The notes beneath the pieces were generated by a model. The model saw only the letters and a list, made by a program, of their open reading frames with translations, made no database searches and was not told the DNA's origin. The position numbers and the translations under genes are program-made. From Candidatus Hodarchaeota archaeon (GTDB taxonomy: Archaea; Asgardarchaeota; Heimdallarchaeia; Hodarchaeales; Hodarchaeaceae): 64,000 nt of DNA. Location: NCBI GenBank assembly GCA_029856365.1, contig JAHQWW010000002.1, positions 32,001-96,000 of the forward strand, written 5' to 3'. Positions 1 through 10,589 of this stretch are shown here, piece after piece; within the stretch, counting starts at the first letter, position 1, and every line of letters begins with the position of its first letter.

Positions 1-1
1 A

Positions 2-2311
2 GAGATACCAGACTATACCCAGCAAAGAAATGATATCTTACTAGAAAAAGAATCAGACACCCTTATAAAAAATATTCAAGGAACAATAGGAATTCCAAGA
101 GCATTAATGACCCATTCACTTTTTCCATTGTTTAACACTTACTTCAGAGAATTAGGATTTAAAGTAGTCCTTTCTGACATTTCACCAAAGGGATTAGAAA
201 TAACTGATTCTGCTTTTTGTTACCCCACTGAAATAGCTCACGGAGCAGTCTTTGATCTTATCTATAATAAGAAAATTAATTTAATTTTTATTCCGCATAT
301 ACAAAAAATGCCTACTTACAGAAAAAACGATGATCATACACATCTTTGCTATTTTAACCAAGGATTTCCCTACATTGCTCAACAAAAATTTAAAGACTCG
401 ACTGTTGAATTTCTTACTCCAATCTTAGATTTTAGTGGAGGATATACCTCTACTACAGGTTTAATTTCCCTTCATAAGGAGTTGAATGTCACTAAATCAG
501 AAGCTCAAAGTGCTTATACTAAAGCTATTATTCGACAACAAGAAATTGAAAATGAATTGCAAAAAATGGGTATGCAAGCTCTACAGAAGGTCATTAATGA
601 TTCAAATGACTTAGGAGTCATCCTTGTAGGACGTAGTTACAATGCATTCCCTCCTGAAACATCAATGAATATTTCAAGAAAACTGACTAGCCAAGGAATT
701 ACAGTTATCCCATTTGATTGTTTAGAGCGATATGATAATGAGGAAAATTATTGGTATTTCAGTAATTTAATCATGAATGCTGCTACACTCTCAATCAGAT
801 TTCCAAACATTTTTTTACTTTACATTTCGAATTTCAGCTGTGGAATAGACGCTTTCACTCAATTCTTTTTACAGAAGGAATTAGGAGAAAAACCATATCT
901 ACTACTGGAAATTGATTCTCACACAGCAGACGCAGGTATTTTCACACGAATTGAAGCTTTCATTGAAATTATCCGTAATTATTCAAAACAACATGTATCA
1001 GTAAAGATAGTACGATTTAATCCCAGCAAAGTTGTTTTCAGAAGTGGCAAAGCATATATATCAACAAATAATGGCGAATTACTTCCTTTAACTGACCCTC
1101 GTGTTAAAATTTACTTTCCAGCCATAAGTAAATATCATACTCAAGCAATTGCTATGGTACTACGTTGGAAGGGAATCCACGGATATGAGGCTGAAACACC
1201 AAATGATGAAATCTTAAGTTTAGGGAAAAAATATGTGACTGGTAAAGAATGTGTTCCTCTACCAATTACCATTGGCCAAATGCTTTCAGCGCATAAACGA
1301 CGAAAATTAAATGAAGTGATAGGATTCTACATGCTTGAAGCAGGGGCACCATGTGTAATTATTGCTTATAAACGGTTTTTTAATCAAGTTATCACAGATA
1401 ATAACCTTGAAAATCTCTTTATATTTGATCCACAAGCATCAGATAATTATTATGGCTTTGGGAATTCATTATTGATGTCCATACCTTTAGGATTAGTGTT
1501 AGCTGATTTGGTTAATGAAATAAAATCAGCTTTATTGGTTGTAAGCCCAAAAAGCTTACCACTTTTTGAAGAACAGTGGGAAGAGTTGATAACAAACTCA
1601 AAAACCAAAAAGGAGTTTAATAAACAACTCAAAAGATTTATTCAACGAATATCAGAATATCCTTGTTCTAAAAGCCCAAGTCAGTGTCCAAAAGTTTTAG
1701 TAACTGGAGATTTCTTTTTTCGGTTTGATGAGTTCTTAAAACAATCAATCGATGAGATTTATGCACAAAATGGTATTGTCATAAAAAATGTTGATGTAAC
1801 TGAACTAGCATTGTTTACTCTTTATGATAATTTGCGAAGAATGGCACAAACCTGGAATAAAAACCCTGAAGGACTAAGAACTGTGATATCCGCACTGGTG
1901 AATTATAAAGATAAAGGTAAAAAATACCTCTCTTTCTTGACTGCTTTTAAAATTCTCCAACGAACTGAAAACAAACTCCGTAAAGAATTTGAAAGTACTG
2001 GTTTATTGTTTGCAGAGAAAAATCATGTTTATGATATCTTAAACTTTGGGAAGGATTATATTACTCCAAATATTGTTGGTGAAGCCATTATTACCATTGG
2101 TAAATCCATAGAAGCAAGTATCCAAAGATATGCTGGTGTAATTGTCATTGGCCCGTTTAACTGCATGGCGTTTCGTGTTTCTGAAGGGATTTTAAAACCT
2201 ATGACCAAAAAATTGGGAACCCCTTTTTTGTTCTATGAAGCTGACTGTTCTCCCATTCCAAGCACTTTATTACGTCAGATTCAAGTACATATTCATCAAG
2301 CCACGCGTTAA
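2..2311 (+). CDS. Acyl-CoA dehydratase activase-related protein (DUF2229 / 2-hydroxyacyl-CoA dehydratase-type domains), 5'-truncated by the window edge
   Basis: Frame is open from position 2 (EIPDYTQ...GTIGIPRALMTHS). Motifs GIPRAL, FCYPTEIAHG, NFSCGIDAF, LEIDSHTADAG..TRIEAF, GKECVP and GPFNCM are typical of this family. Confidence 0.8.
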   Translation, partial: EIPDYTQQRNDILLEKESDTLIKNIQGTIGIPRALMTHSLFPLFNTYFRELGFKVVLSDISPKGLEITDSAFCYPTEIAHGAVFDLIYNKKINLIFIPHIQKMPTYRKNDDHTHLCYFNQGFPYIAQQKFKDSTVEFLTPILDFSGGYTSTTGLISLHKELNVTKSEAQSAYTKAIIRQQEIENELQKMGMQALQKVINDSNDLGVILVGRSYNAFPPETSMNISRKLTSQGITVIPFDCLERYDNEENYWYFSNLIMNAATLSIRFPNIFLLYISNFSCGIDAFTQFFLQKELGEKPYLLLEIDSHTADAGIFTRIEAFIEIIRNYSKQHVSVKIVRFNPSKVVFRSGKAYISTNNGELLPLTDPRVKIYFPAISKYHTQAIAMVLRWKGIHGYEAETPNDEILSLGKKYVTGKECVPLPITIGQMLSAHKRRKLNEVIGFYMLEAGAPCVIIAYKRFFNQVITDNNLENLFIFDPQASDNYYGFGNSLLMSIPLGLVLADLVNEIKSALLVVSPKSLPLFEEQWEELITNSKTKKEFNKQLKRFIQRISEYPCSKSPSQCPKVLVTGDFFFRFDEFLKQSIDEIYAQNGIVIKNVDVTELALFTLYDNLRRMAQTWNKNPEGLRTVISALVNYKDKGKKYLSFLTAFKILQRTENKLRKEFESTGLLFAEKNHVYDILNFGKDYITPNIVGEAIITIGKSIEASIQRYAGVIVIGPFNCMAFRVSEGILKPMTKKLGTPFLFYEADCSPIPSTLLRQIQVHIHQATR

Positions 2312-2740
2312 AGGTGATAAACAAAAAAAGGATTAATTACAGAGAAATCAATGATTTGGTCATCATTTTCAGTTAGTTCCCTTTTCTTGATGAAAAAGAG
2401 AATATAACAGATTAAAGAATATTACAGATAGATTACCAAGGAAAACTAGCGTGGTACAGAACACAATCCATATAAGTATTCCTTCCCTATTTATCTCTGA
2501 TAACTCTTTTTTAGTAACATAAATGAAGAATAGAGGGGAGAAGGAATAATTAATGATCAATACTTGTTGAAATGTATATTAATTGGTTATATTACAGTAA
2601 GCTAAATATTAGAAATTTATAACCATTTCATAAAAGGATTCTTAAAACGATAAATCATTAATCCTTGAGATATAAAGATACGAAAAGAAGCTGATGAATG
2701 GATTCTGTATGAGAAAGCAGAGAAAACAGGGAAACGTCTT

Positions 2741-3058
2741 ATGAGATTTTTAATAGGATTTGATGGATTAAGAGCACGTCTTGCTCCTCATAGATATCCC
2801 AATATTGAAATACCTGACGAGGGATGCTTATGGTTTAATATCAATACATTAATAGGAACGAGTGAAATTATCGCTATTCCATTTGAGTTAGGAGGACTCT
2901 TAGCACCTTCATTACTCATTTCTTTCCCACGAGAAGCTAAACTGGTAGACAAGGATTTCCTTAACAAACTTCAGCAAATTAAAAATAAGTTTAACGATGT
3001 AACTCTCTTCGCAGCAACCTTTACTGCTTCCGAAAGGTTGATGAAATTTTACAACTGA
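2741..3058 (+). CDS. Hypothetical protein, possibly a gene remnant
   Basis: 105-aa ORF; frame is open upstream to a TGA at 2666; no recognisable motif. Confidence 0.35.
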   Translation: MRFLIGFDGLRARLAPHRYPNIEIPDEGCLWFNINTLIGTSEIIAIPFELGGLLAPSLLISFPREAKLVDKDFLNKLQQIKNKFNDVTLFAATFTASERLMKFYN

Positions 3059-3385
3059 AAAAGAAAACAGTTTTCTTTAACTACTTAGGTCAATCTCTTA
3101 ATATTGCAGGAAAAAAGATTTTTGAGATTGGAAAATTTATTAGAGGTATCCTCTTTGAAATGAAGAATAATTTGTAGTTTAATAACATGTTATTTATAGA
3201 AAAAAATAGAAAATAGAGCTTAGTAAGTTTGCACAATTAAAATGAATCTTTTCAGAAGGTATATTTTAGAGGAGTTCTAAATGCTCTGAGTTGTATTTGA
3301 TATATTGACACTAGAGATCATAAATAATTTTTTCATACGGAAACAACCTAAAAGATCCTCCTATTAAAAAGGAGATAAAAACAGT

Positions 3386-3943
3386 ATGCGAGATAAAATT
3401 ATATTTATTTTAAATAAAGCAGCAACAGGTAGTAAGAAAGTACGAATTCTTCTGACGCCTATTGGAGGAGGAGCCTTTATTATCTTTACTTTGCTTTTAA
3501 TTTTAATTTCTCTTCTTATGGACGATGTGTTGAGTTTCCCTAGACTTCTTCTCAAGCCAACTAATCTACTTATATCTATACCTTTTCTCACACTAGGAAT
3601 TTTTCTAATAATATGGTCATCCTTGCTTTTTGCTAAAGCGAAAGGAACACCTGTACCTTTTTCTCCTCCTATAAAGCTAGTTAATTCTGGACCCTACGTC
3701 TATATTAGAAATCCAATTGTTTTGGGTTATATTTTGATATTTTTGGGGATTGGTTTTTTATTAAGATCAATTTCTCTTGTAATAATCATCACTCCACTAT
3801 TTTTTCTACTTCTCATTCTGGAGATAAAACTGATTGAAGAACCAGAGCTAGAGAAGCGTTTGGGGAAAGAATACTTAGACTATAAAAAAAGAGTTCCCAT
3901 GTTCATTCCACGGTTGAATGAGAGAACTGAGAAGTTAAAGTGA
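3386..3943 (+). CDS. Isoprenylcysteine carboxylmethyltransferase / PEMT-family membrane methyltransferase
   Basis: GTPVP, LVNSGPYVYIRNPI, EEPELEKRLGKEYLDYKKRVPMFIP; hydrophobic helices. Confidence 0.85.
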   Translation: MRDKIIFILNKAATGSKKVRILLTPIGGGAFIIFTLLLILISLLMDDVLSFPRLLLKPTNLLISIPFLTLGIFLIIWSSLLFAKAKGTPVPFSPPIKLVNSGPYVYIRNPIVLGYILIFLGIGFLLRSISLVIIITPLFFLLLILEIKLIEEPELEKRLGKEYLDYKKRVPMFIPRLNERTEKLK

Positions 3944-3950
3944 AATCTCA

Positions 3951-4460
3951 ATGAAATATAATGACCTTGAGAATTGTAAATTATGTGCTTGGGAATGTGG
4001 AGTCGATCGCTTAGCTGGGGAACAAGGGGTCTGTATGATGGGGCTTCCAGAAGTGGCAAGCTGTCAACTTCACTCGGCTTCACCACAATCATATACTGTA
4101 TTCTGCTCTGGATGCTGTTTCAAGTGCCTCAATTGCCAAAACTGGGAAATCGCTCACTACCCACGCATCCAGAGTAAGATAAAAGGATTTGGAGCCTCAA
4201 GAAAATTAATGGAAGAAGCTGTGAATCTTGCTCGAAAAACTGGGTTGGAAAACATTCATTGGGCAGGTTTATCAGAAATCTTTGGGGTGTATCCCTCTAT
4301 TCCCCAACGATTTGTAGATAGATTTTCCCATCAACATGCAGTTGTTGCAGCTTTTTACGCGCAACAAGCTAGGTGTCAACGAATCCAACGAAATTGTGGA
4401 AAGTGTGACTCTAAACTTTCGTGCGATTTGAAGGGTTATATCCCATACCAAAGTACCTAA
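3951..4460 (+). pseudogene. Radical SAM protein (PflX/AmmeMemoRadiSam-like N-terminus) with an apparent in-frame internal deletion
   Basis: CKLCAWECGVDR..GEQGVC and the CxxxCxxC motif (GCCFKCLNCQN) are followed almost directly by C-terminal-type sequence (GASRKLMEEAV). No GGEP/TNG barrel motifs; only 169 aa. Confidence 0.65.
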
Positions 4461-4484
4461 GTCATTATTGGTTGGGCTAGTTAT

Positions 4485-5369
4485 TCATAAAAATTCTCTT
4501 AATTTAACGACAATTTCTTTTATAGGATCCAATTTATTTAATGTGTAAAAATGAAGCCCTGGGGCACCTCCCTCGAGGAGTTCAGTGGATTGTCTGATAG
4601 CAATCTCAATGCCCTTCTTCTCAGTGGCCTTTAGGTCATCCTCTAACGGCCCAAAGATGTTATGGAAATGCTGAGGGACAGTAGCTCCACAAAAGGCACA
4701 AAAATTCTTTAAATTCTTGAAGTTGAAAACAGGAAGAATACCTGGTATAATCCTGTTATTAACGTTGATATTACGAAGACGAGTCACATAATCAAAGTAG
4801 TCTCTATTGTCATAGAAGAGCTGGGTGATAATGAACTCACCTCCATGTTCTATCTTATTCTTTAGATGTTTAACATCAATCTCTTTGTTCGGTGCTTCAG
4901 GATGCCCTTCTGGAAACCCTGCAACTCCACAAGAAAAATAATCGCCATAAGATCTTGAAACAAGGTCACAAAGCTGATAAGCGTACTCTAAGCCATTGAG
5001 TGCGGGTGTCCATACTTTAACATTGCGGGGTGGGTCACCCCGTAATGCAAGAATATTTACTATCTCATTAGCTTTCATTTTATCCAGTATGTCAATTAAG
5101 TCCTGTTGAGAATGGCCAACACATGTTATGTGGTGAATTGTGGGTATATTAAATCGAGTCTGAAGTTCTGTGGTGATCTCCATTGTTTTTTCACGAGTAC
5201 TACCTCCAGCGCCATAGGTGACTGATATAAAATCCGCTCCAAGATTTACAAGTTCTCTTACTACATTAAAAAAATGGTTCAATTGAGATTCTTTCTTAGG
5301 AGGAAAGAACTCAAATGAGAGAGTCACTTCCTTTTCTTTAAAAATATCAGTTATCTTCTGTACTCGCAT
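4485..5369 (-). CDS. metF: 5,10-methylenetetrahydrofolate reductase
   Basis: SFEFFPPK, FISVTYGAGGSTR, ILALRGDPP, AGFPEGHP, IITQLFYD, GLHFYTLN. ATG at 5369 (the track starts at an upstream TTG, 5378). Confidence 0.95.
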   Translation of the reverse strand: MRVQKITDIFKEKEVTLSFEFFPPKKESQLNHFFNVVRELVNLGADFISVTYGAGGSTREKTMEITTELQTRFNIPTIHHITCVGHSQQDLIDILDKMKANEIVNILALRGDPPRNVKVWTPALNGLEYAYQLCDLVSRSYGDYFSCGVAGFPEGHPEAPNKEIDVKHLKNKIEHGGEFIITQLFYDNRDYFDYVTRLRNINVNNRIIPGILPVFNFKNLKNFCAFCGATVPQHFHNIFGPLEDDLKATEKKGIEIAIRQSTELLEGGAPGLHFYTLNKLDPIKEIVVKLREFL

Positions 5370-5504
5370 AAGTCTCAACTATGGTAACACGCATAATTCA
5401 AAAAACATACCGTAACTTAAATTTTGTTACTAGTACTAAAAATTCAAATAAATCAATAATCAAGTTAAGTTAAACATCAGGCATAAACAATTTTGGGTAT
5501 TAAA

Positions 5505-6650
5505 ATGATAGTGAAAGAAGTTTTGAGCGATTTTCCAACTATAGAGAAAGTTAATTATCTGAGTACTGCCAGTATAGGGTTAGTTCCTAATCCTGTGATC
5601 GAAAGGACAAAGGATTTCTTTATAGAGATGGCCGAGGGAGGAACTTTGGCTTTAGATGAGGAAACAGAGATTAGTGTTTATGATAATCTGAGGAACGAGG
5701 GAGCTAAACTTTTTGGTTGTGAACCAAGAGATGTTGCTGTCTTCAACAGCGTTTCTGAAGCTCTTAATTCTATAGCTTGGAGTTTAGAGTTAAAAGAAGG
5801 AAAGATCATCTCAACAAACATTGAATTTCCAAGCGTCACATATCCTGGGATGAGATTAGCAGAAAAAGGAAACGTTCAAGTGGAGTTAATAACTGCGGAT
5901 AATTGGGTAATTTCAGTTGATGACTTACTAGAAGGAATTAATGAAAGTACTAAAGTTGTTTTTCTGTCTCATGTTGAATTTATCACAGGCCAACGATTCG
6001 ATTTAAAGAAGATTACAAATCGGGCCCATGAATATGGCGCACTAGTAGTTGTAGATGGTATTCAAGCAGCTGGCTATATTCCACTTAACATGAAAGAATT
6101 GAATGTCGATGTTTATATCACTGGGAGCTACAAATGGTTATTAGCTCCATTTGGAACAGCAATCGCTTATATCTCAAGGAACCTGTGTAATAAATTAACT
6201 CCAGCTTTTGTTGGATGGCGGACGCCTAAAAATATGTGGGATTTTAACCCAATGGAATTAAAATATGCAACCACAGCTAGGAAGTTTGAATACAGCACGA
6301 GTGCTTATGGGGTAAAGATTGGTTTTGCAGAATCAATCAAGTATTTACATAAAATAGGTATAAAAAATATCCAAAATCATGATATGAAGTTAATTGATAC
6401 ACTAATACAAGAACTAGATTCAATCGAAGGTATTAAAATTATTTCACCAGAGAAGCGGGGGTCAATCGTAACTTTCACAATTGAAGGAAAAGAAAGTAAA
6501 AAAATTAGTAAAAAATTGTGTTCCCTAAGGAGACCCGTCGAGCTGACTATTAGACAGAATATGGTTAGGGTATCACCACACGTTTATAATACTGAAGAAG
6601 ACATTTTAGAATTTGTAAGAAACTTAAAACAAATAATACAAGAACTTTGA
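5505..6650 (+). CDS. PLP-dependent class V aminotransferase (cysteine desulfurase / selenocysteine lyase-like)
   Basis: EFPSV, SHVEFITG, VVDGIQAAG, GSYKWLLAP (PLP lysine), VRVSPHVYNT. ATG at 5505 preferred to TTG at 5493. Confidence 0.85.
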   Translation: MIVKEVLSDFPTIEKVNYLSTASIGLVPNPVIERTKDFFIEMAEGGTLALDEETEISVYDNLRNEGAKLFGCEPRDVAVFNSVSEALNSIAWSLELKEGKIISTNIEFPSVTYPGMRLAEKGNVQVELITADNWVISVDDLLEGINESTKVVFLSHVEFITGQRFDLKKITNRAHEYGALVVVDGIQAAGYIPLNMKELNVDVYITGSYKWLLAPFGTAIAYISRNLCNKLTPAFVGWRTPKNMWDFNPMELKYATTARKFEYSTSAYGVKIGFAESIKYLHKIGIKNIQNHDMKLIDTLIQELDSIEGIKIISPEKRGSIVTFTIEGKESKKISKKLCSLRRPVELTIRQNMVRVSPHVYNTEEDILEFVRNLKQIIQEL

Positions 6651-6687
6651 TTTCTATAACAACTAAAGAATGTGGTCTGGATTAGGT

Positions 6688-7128
6688 TTAAAGAATGAAT
6701 TCTTTAGGAAGATGCTTTTTGAGTTTAATAATCCTCTGAAACTCTTCATGGAAATGCTCAAGTGTTGATTCCTCGAGAGCCTCGTCAAGAGTAACCCACT
6801 TGTATTCGGAATGTTCCCAACTTAACCTCACTTCTCCTCCAAGATAGTTCAGCCAGTAATATATAAAAACCATGGGAAACTTTTGTCCACCTCTATAGAA
6901 ACATGAAGTATCGACTGGCATAACAATTTGAGCTTTGATTCCTAATTCTTCTTTTATTTCACGTAAGACTCCATTTTCAGGGTTCTCATCCCTTTCTAGT
7001 CTTCCTGTGACTGGTTCCCAAGTGTTTGGTGCAAAATCTTTTTTAGAAGACCGTTTGAGTATTAAAAAGTGATTATCTTTCTCTATTATTGCAGCTAGTC
7101 CAACATAAAATGGTTTCACGAAATCCAC
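6688..7128 (-). CDS. NUDIX hydrolase
   Basis: Nudix box GRLERDENPENGVLREIKEELG; EHSEYKW. Confidence 0.9.
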   Translation of the reverse strand: MDFVKPFYVGLAAIIEKDNHFLILKRSSKKDFAPNTWEPVTGRLERDENPENGVLREIKEELGIKAQIVMPVDTSCFYRGGQKFPMVFIYYWLNYLGGEVRLSWEHSEYKWVTLDEALEESTLEHFHEEFQRIIKLKKHLPKEFIL

Positions 7129-7248
7129 TTTCTCCTTTATATATTGACTTAGCTTGAGAATAATATTTTTATACTTTTATGAGAAGATGTTGAAGTTGAA
7201 AAGTCACCTCCTATCATTAATTTGAAAGGTATCTGACTAGGAGATAGA

Positions 7249-8667
7249 TTGAATATGGATCTCGGTGGTTTTCGTAATTATGCACATCGAATAGTTGACT
7301 GGATGGCAGATTATTTAGAAACAGTGGAGAAATTTCCCGTTAAATCACAAGTAGAGCCAGGAGACATAATCAACAGACTACCACTAGAAGCACCAGTTAC
7401 TGGTGAAGACTTCGAGCAAATTTTCTCCGATTTTGAAGAATTAATAATGCCTGGAATAACTCATTGGCAGAGTCCCAACTTCTTTGCTTATTTTCCAGCC
7501 AATAGCTCTCATATTTCAATACTAGCAGAAATGCTACTCACAACTCTAGGAGCTCAATGCATGAGCTGGGAAACTTCACCAGCAGCAACAGAATTGGAAG
7601 AACGGGTCATGGAATGGTTAAGAGACATGATTGGATTACCGAAAGAATTCAGTGGAGTAATCCAAGACACCGCTTCAACTTCAACAATTTGTTCTCTTCT
7701 TACAGCTCGAGAAAAACTGACTAATTATGAAATCAATTCAACAGGGATGAACGATAAGGGTATTTTAACAGTCTATTGTTCTACTGAAACTCATTCAAGT
7801 ATTGAAAAAGCAGTTAAGATAGTTGGAATAGGTAAGGAGAACTTACGGAAAATATCTGTTGATGAAAACTTTGCTCTACAATCAGAAGCCCTAAAAAAAG
7901 CTATTAAATCAGATATTAGTAATGGTCTGAAACCAATGGCAGTTGTCGCTACAATTGGTACAACAGGTTCCACAGCTATCGACCCCTTGAAACAAATCGG
8001 TGAAATCTGTTCAAAAAATAAAATCTGGTTACATGTTGACGCAGCATTAGCAGGAACGGCATTACTTTTACCAGAATATCGATGGATGATCGAAGGGATT
8101 GAATATGCAGACACTTTTGTGTTTAACCCGCACAAATGGATGTTTACTAATTTTGATTGTTCTGCATATTTTATTAAGGATCCTGAAGCCTTAGTGAGAA
8201 CTTTTGAGATTTTACCTGAATATCTCAAAACCAAAGCAGAAGGAGTGAAGAATTTTCGAGATTGGGGTTTGCAATTAGGCCGACGGTTTCGAGCTCTTAA
8301 ACTATGGTTTGTAATCAGACACTTTGGAGTAGAAGGATTGCAAAAAAAAGTCAGATTCCACATTGATCTTGCGAACTCTCTGAAGCAAAAAATTGAAGAA
8401 TCACCAAATTTTGAATTACTTGCACCCGTACCTTTGAATACAATCTGTTTTAGATATAATCCACCCTCTATCGATGCAAATGAAGAATTAAATCAGTTGA
8501 ATGAAGAGTTATTACATCGATTAAACAGTACAGGAAAACTCTACATGACTCATACAAAATTAGATGGAAAATATACTCTCAGATTAGTCACAGGGCAAAC
8601 TAACGTCCAAGAGAAGCATGTAAACCAAGCATGGAATTTGATACAGGAAGAAACACTGAAGCTATAA
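7249..8667 (+). CDS. Aromatic-L-amino-acid decarboxylase (group II PLP decarboxylase, DDC/TDC-like)
   Basis: IMPGITHWQSP.FFAYFP, SPAATELE, WLHVDAA, FNPHKW (PLP lysine), RDWGLQLGRRFRALKLWFV. Confidence 0.92.
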   Translation: MNMDLGGFRNYAHRIVDWMADYLETVEKFPVKSQVEPGDIINRLPLEAPVTGEDFEQIFSDFEELIMPGITHWQSPNFFAYFPANSSHISILAEMLLTTLGAQCMSWETSPAATELEERVMEWLRDMIGLPKEFSGVIQDTASTSTICSLLTAREKLTNYEINSTGMNDKGILTVYCSTETHSSIEKAVKIVGIGKENLRKISVDENFALQSEALKKAIKSDISNGLKPMAVVATIGTTGSTAIDPLKQIGEICSKNKIWLHVDAALAGTALLLPEYRWMIEGIEYADTFVFNPHKWMFTNFDCSAYFIKDPEALVRTFEILPEYLKTKAEGVKNFRDWGLQLGRRFRALKLWFVIRHFGVEGLQKKVRFHIDLANSLKQKIEESPNFELLAPVPLNTICFRYNPPSIDANEELNQLNEELLHRLNSTGKLYMTHTKLDGKYTLRLVTGQTNVQEKHVNQAWNLIQEETLKL

Positions 8668-8669
8668 CT

Positions 8670-9725
8670 TCATTTATGAAATTTTGCACGTAATTGCCTT
8701 GCAAGAGCTTCGGGGGATTTAATGAGAATTTCATTTCCTAAAAGCTTCTGTAAAAAATAATCATCAGTACGATAATTCTCGTAAACATTCGATCGAGAGA
8801 TAATTCGTACATTAATCCAGAACCATTCTGCTTCCTTGCCAAGGGAGCCTGAAAAGATGGTAAAATTAAAAGTGGAACAACCATTTTCTTCATAGAAAGA
8901 AAGGACATTTGAGATTCCTTCACTGAGAGACAAGGTATCTGCTTGAGACAATTGGAGAAAATTATTTTTTGTTAAGACAATTCCTTGAACTTCATTGCTC
9001 CCTAATGGAGAGAAAGAAGTGATCCATTCAACATCTCCAGTTCTTCCAATGTATCGTTCATCAGAGTTTTTTTCCAACTCAATCAGATCTTTCCAATAAT
9101 TTGAGTGGTTTTCCTTGTAATATTGATGAGATCCCTTAAGTATTTTGGTCAGGAATGTATATGGAGTATCTCCACCTAACACTTGAATATGTGGATGAAC
9201 AGCACTAGCACCAGCGGGGAATAAATAGTTACAATTTATTGTCATAAAGCTATTTGACTGTTTAACGGAAAATACACGTTTAATGAATTCTAAACAAGCC
9301 TGAATCCCATTAGCAAGTATTTTTGGAGTAAAATCACTTAATTTTAAATAGTGAGCTTGAGTGAGAGCACACACCGCATGATATTCGGAAAGTGGAAAAA
9401 GATTAGGGAAAAGAGTAGCTTCGCCAACAATAATCCTTCCTTCGGGTATAATCTCTTGTGAATACTTAGGAGTAACCTCTCTTACTTTATTAGGACACAT
9501 AAAGCAGTTAGCTTGACTTTCTTGGGCTATTTTTTGGATCAGACTTTGATCTGTTTCACCAAAAAACATTTTCGCCTTATCTTCCAATTCTTTTCCAATA
9601 ATACTTTGAGTTCCAGTCAATGGATCTTGACGATGTTCAATAAGGTGAATATCCTCTTGAAAACCTTTTAGGGGATTGAGAAATTTGGATTCTCTTTTAA
9701 TACTTTTAAAACGAATTCTTGGCAA
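8670..9725 (-). CDS. galT: Galactose-1-phosphate uridylyltransferase (archaeal-type, HIT superfamily)
   Basis: EHRQDPLTG, CFMCP, FPNLFP, GASAVHPHIQ (HxHxQ). Confidence 0.8.
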   Translation of the reverse strand: MPRIRFKSIKRESKFLNPLKGFQEDIHLIEHRQDPLTGTQSIIGKELEDKAKMFFGETDQSLIQKIAQESQANCFMCPNKVREVTPKYSQEIIPEGRIIVGEATLFPNLFPLSEYHAVCALTQAHYLKLSDFTPKILANGIQACLEFIKRVFSVKQSNSFMTINCNYLFPAGASAVHPHIQVLGGDTPYTFLTKILKGSHQYYKENHSNYWKDLIELEKNSDERYIGRTGDVEWITSFSPLGSNEVQGIVLTKNNFLQLSQADTLSLSEGISNVLSFYEENGCSTFNFTIFSGSLGKEAEWFWINVRIISRSNVYENYRTDDYFLQKLLGNEILIKSPEALARQLRAKFHK

Positions 9726-9871
9726 TTCTATCCTTCTTCTAAACTGATGATAATAATCTCGAAAATATTCTGAAATTATAAAGTAATATTTTGAAGCTTA
9801 ACTCTACCTGATTAATAATCGGATTTTTTTCAAATACTTCTAGGTATAATCTGTCTATCAGCCATAATCAG

Positions 9872-10276
9872 GTGATGCAGAAAATGGTCAATTTTGAATT
9901 ATCAATTTTCCAAATCATAAGTATAGGAATCTTTGGATTCATTTTCGGATTATTCGAAACAATTACAAATCTGTTTTATCTGCTAATCAAGAATTATAAT
10001 TTACCAAAAAAACAACATGCAAAAGAATTGCCCATCGACGTGACTGAGACGAAAATTATACAAAAAGTAGTCCAAATGCTAATTCTTGGAGTTACTCTAG
10101 TAATCACAGCAATCATCGCCACAATAATTGCTCCCCAGTTGTTTGTGGTGGGTGCAACCGCAATTCTGATGAATGGATTGATAGGTTATAGTAAATACAG
10201 AAAAAATGATATATTTATTGTGTGGATTGTCATAGCTATCATTTGCGGTGCATCATCATTGATAACGACCGTTTAG
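9872..10276 (+). CDS. Hypothetical membrane protein (about 4 TM)
   Basis: Alternating hydrophobic segments. Confidence 0.65.
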   Translation: MMQKMVNFELSIFQIISIGIFGFIFGLFETITNLFYLLIKNYNLPKKQHAKELPIDVTETKIIQKVVQMLILGVTLVITAIIATIIAPQLFVVGATAILMNGLIGYSKYRKNDIFIVWIVIAIICGASSLITTV

Positions 10277-10589
10277 ACTAGTTATGATGATAATTCTATA
10301 TTTTTAGTTGTTTTTTTTTCTTTTAGTAGTCATATTAAAATCTCAATGGTGTCGAAATAGCTTTAAATCAATCAAATCAGACTAGATTGACATAATAAGA
10401 AGTAAAAAGATTCCAATATATTGAATCCCCAAATTAAATGTTTTTATATCAATTTTAGGGACGTTAAATTTTTTTGCACGTTTCGGAAAGTATAAATATT
10501 TTCGTGCGACAATTATCTCAAGCTTTGAGAAAATTAAACAAATTGTTCTCAGTACTGTAAAACTCACGATAACAGGATGTATCATCAAA

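Noticed and set aside
2369-2560. 63-aa hydrophobic ORF
   Set aside because: Low-complexity AT-rich sequence with no start context or motif.
5370-5504. SAM/THF riboswitch upstream of metF
   Set aside because: Short AT-rich divergent spacer with only a weak GTAAC-N9-GTTAC palindrome (5412-5430); no riboswitch core recognisable.
7791-8363. 190-aa antisense ORF and other short ORFs nested in or opposite long genes (e.g. 1450-1632, 15011-15346, 18874-19206, 60243-60575)
   Set aside because: Shadow ORFs of well-supported genes, with no motifs of their own.
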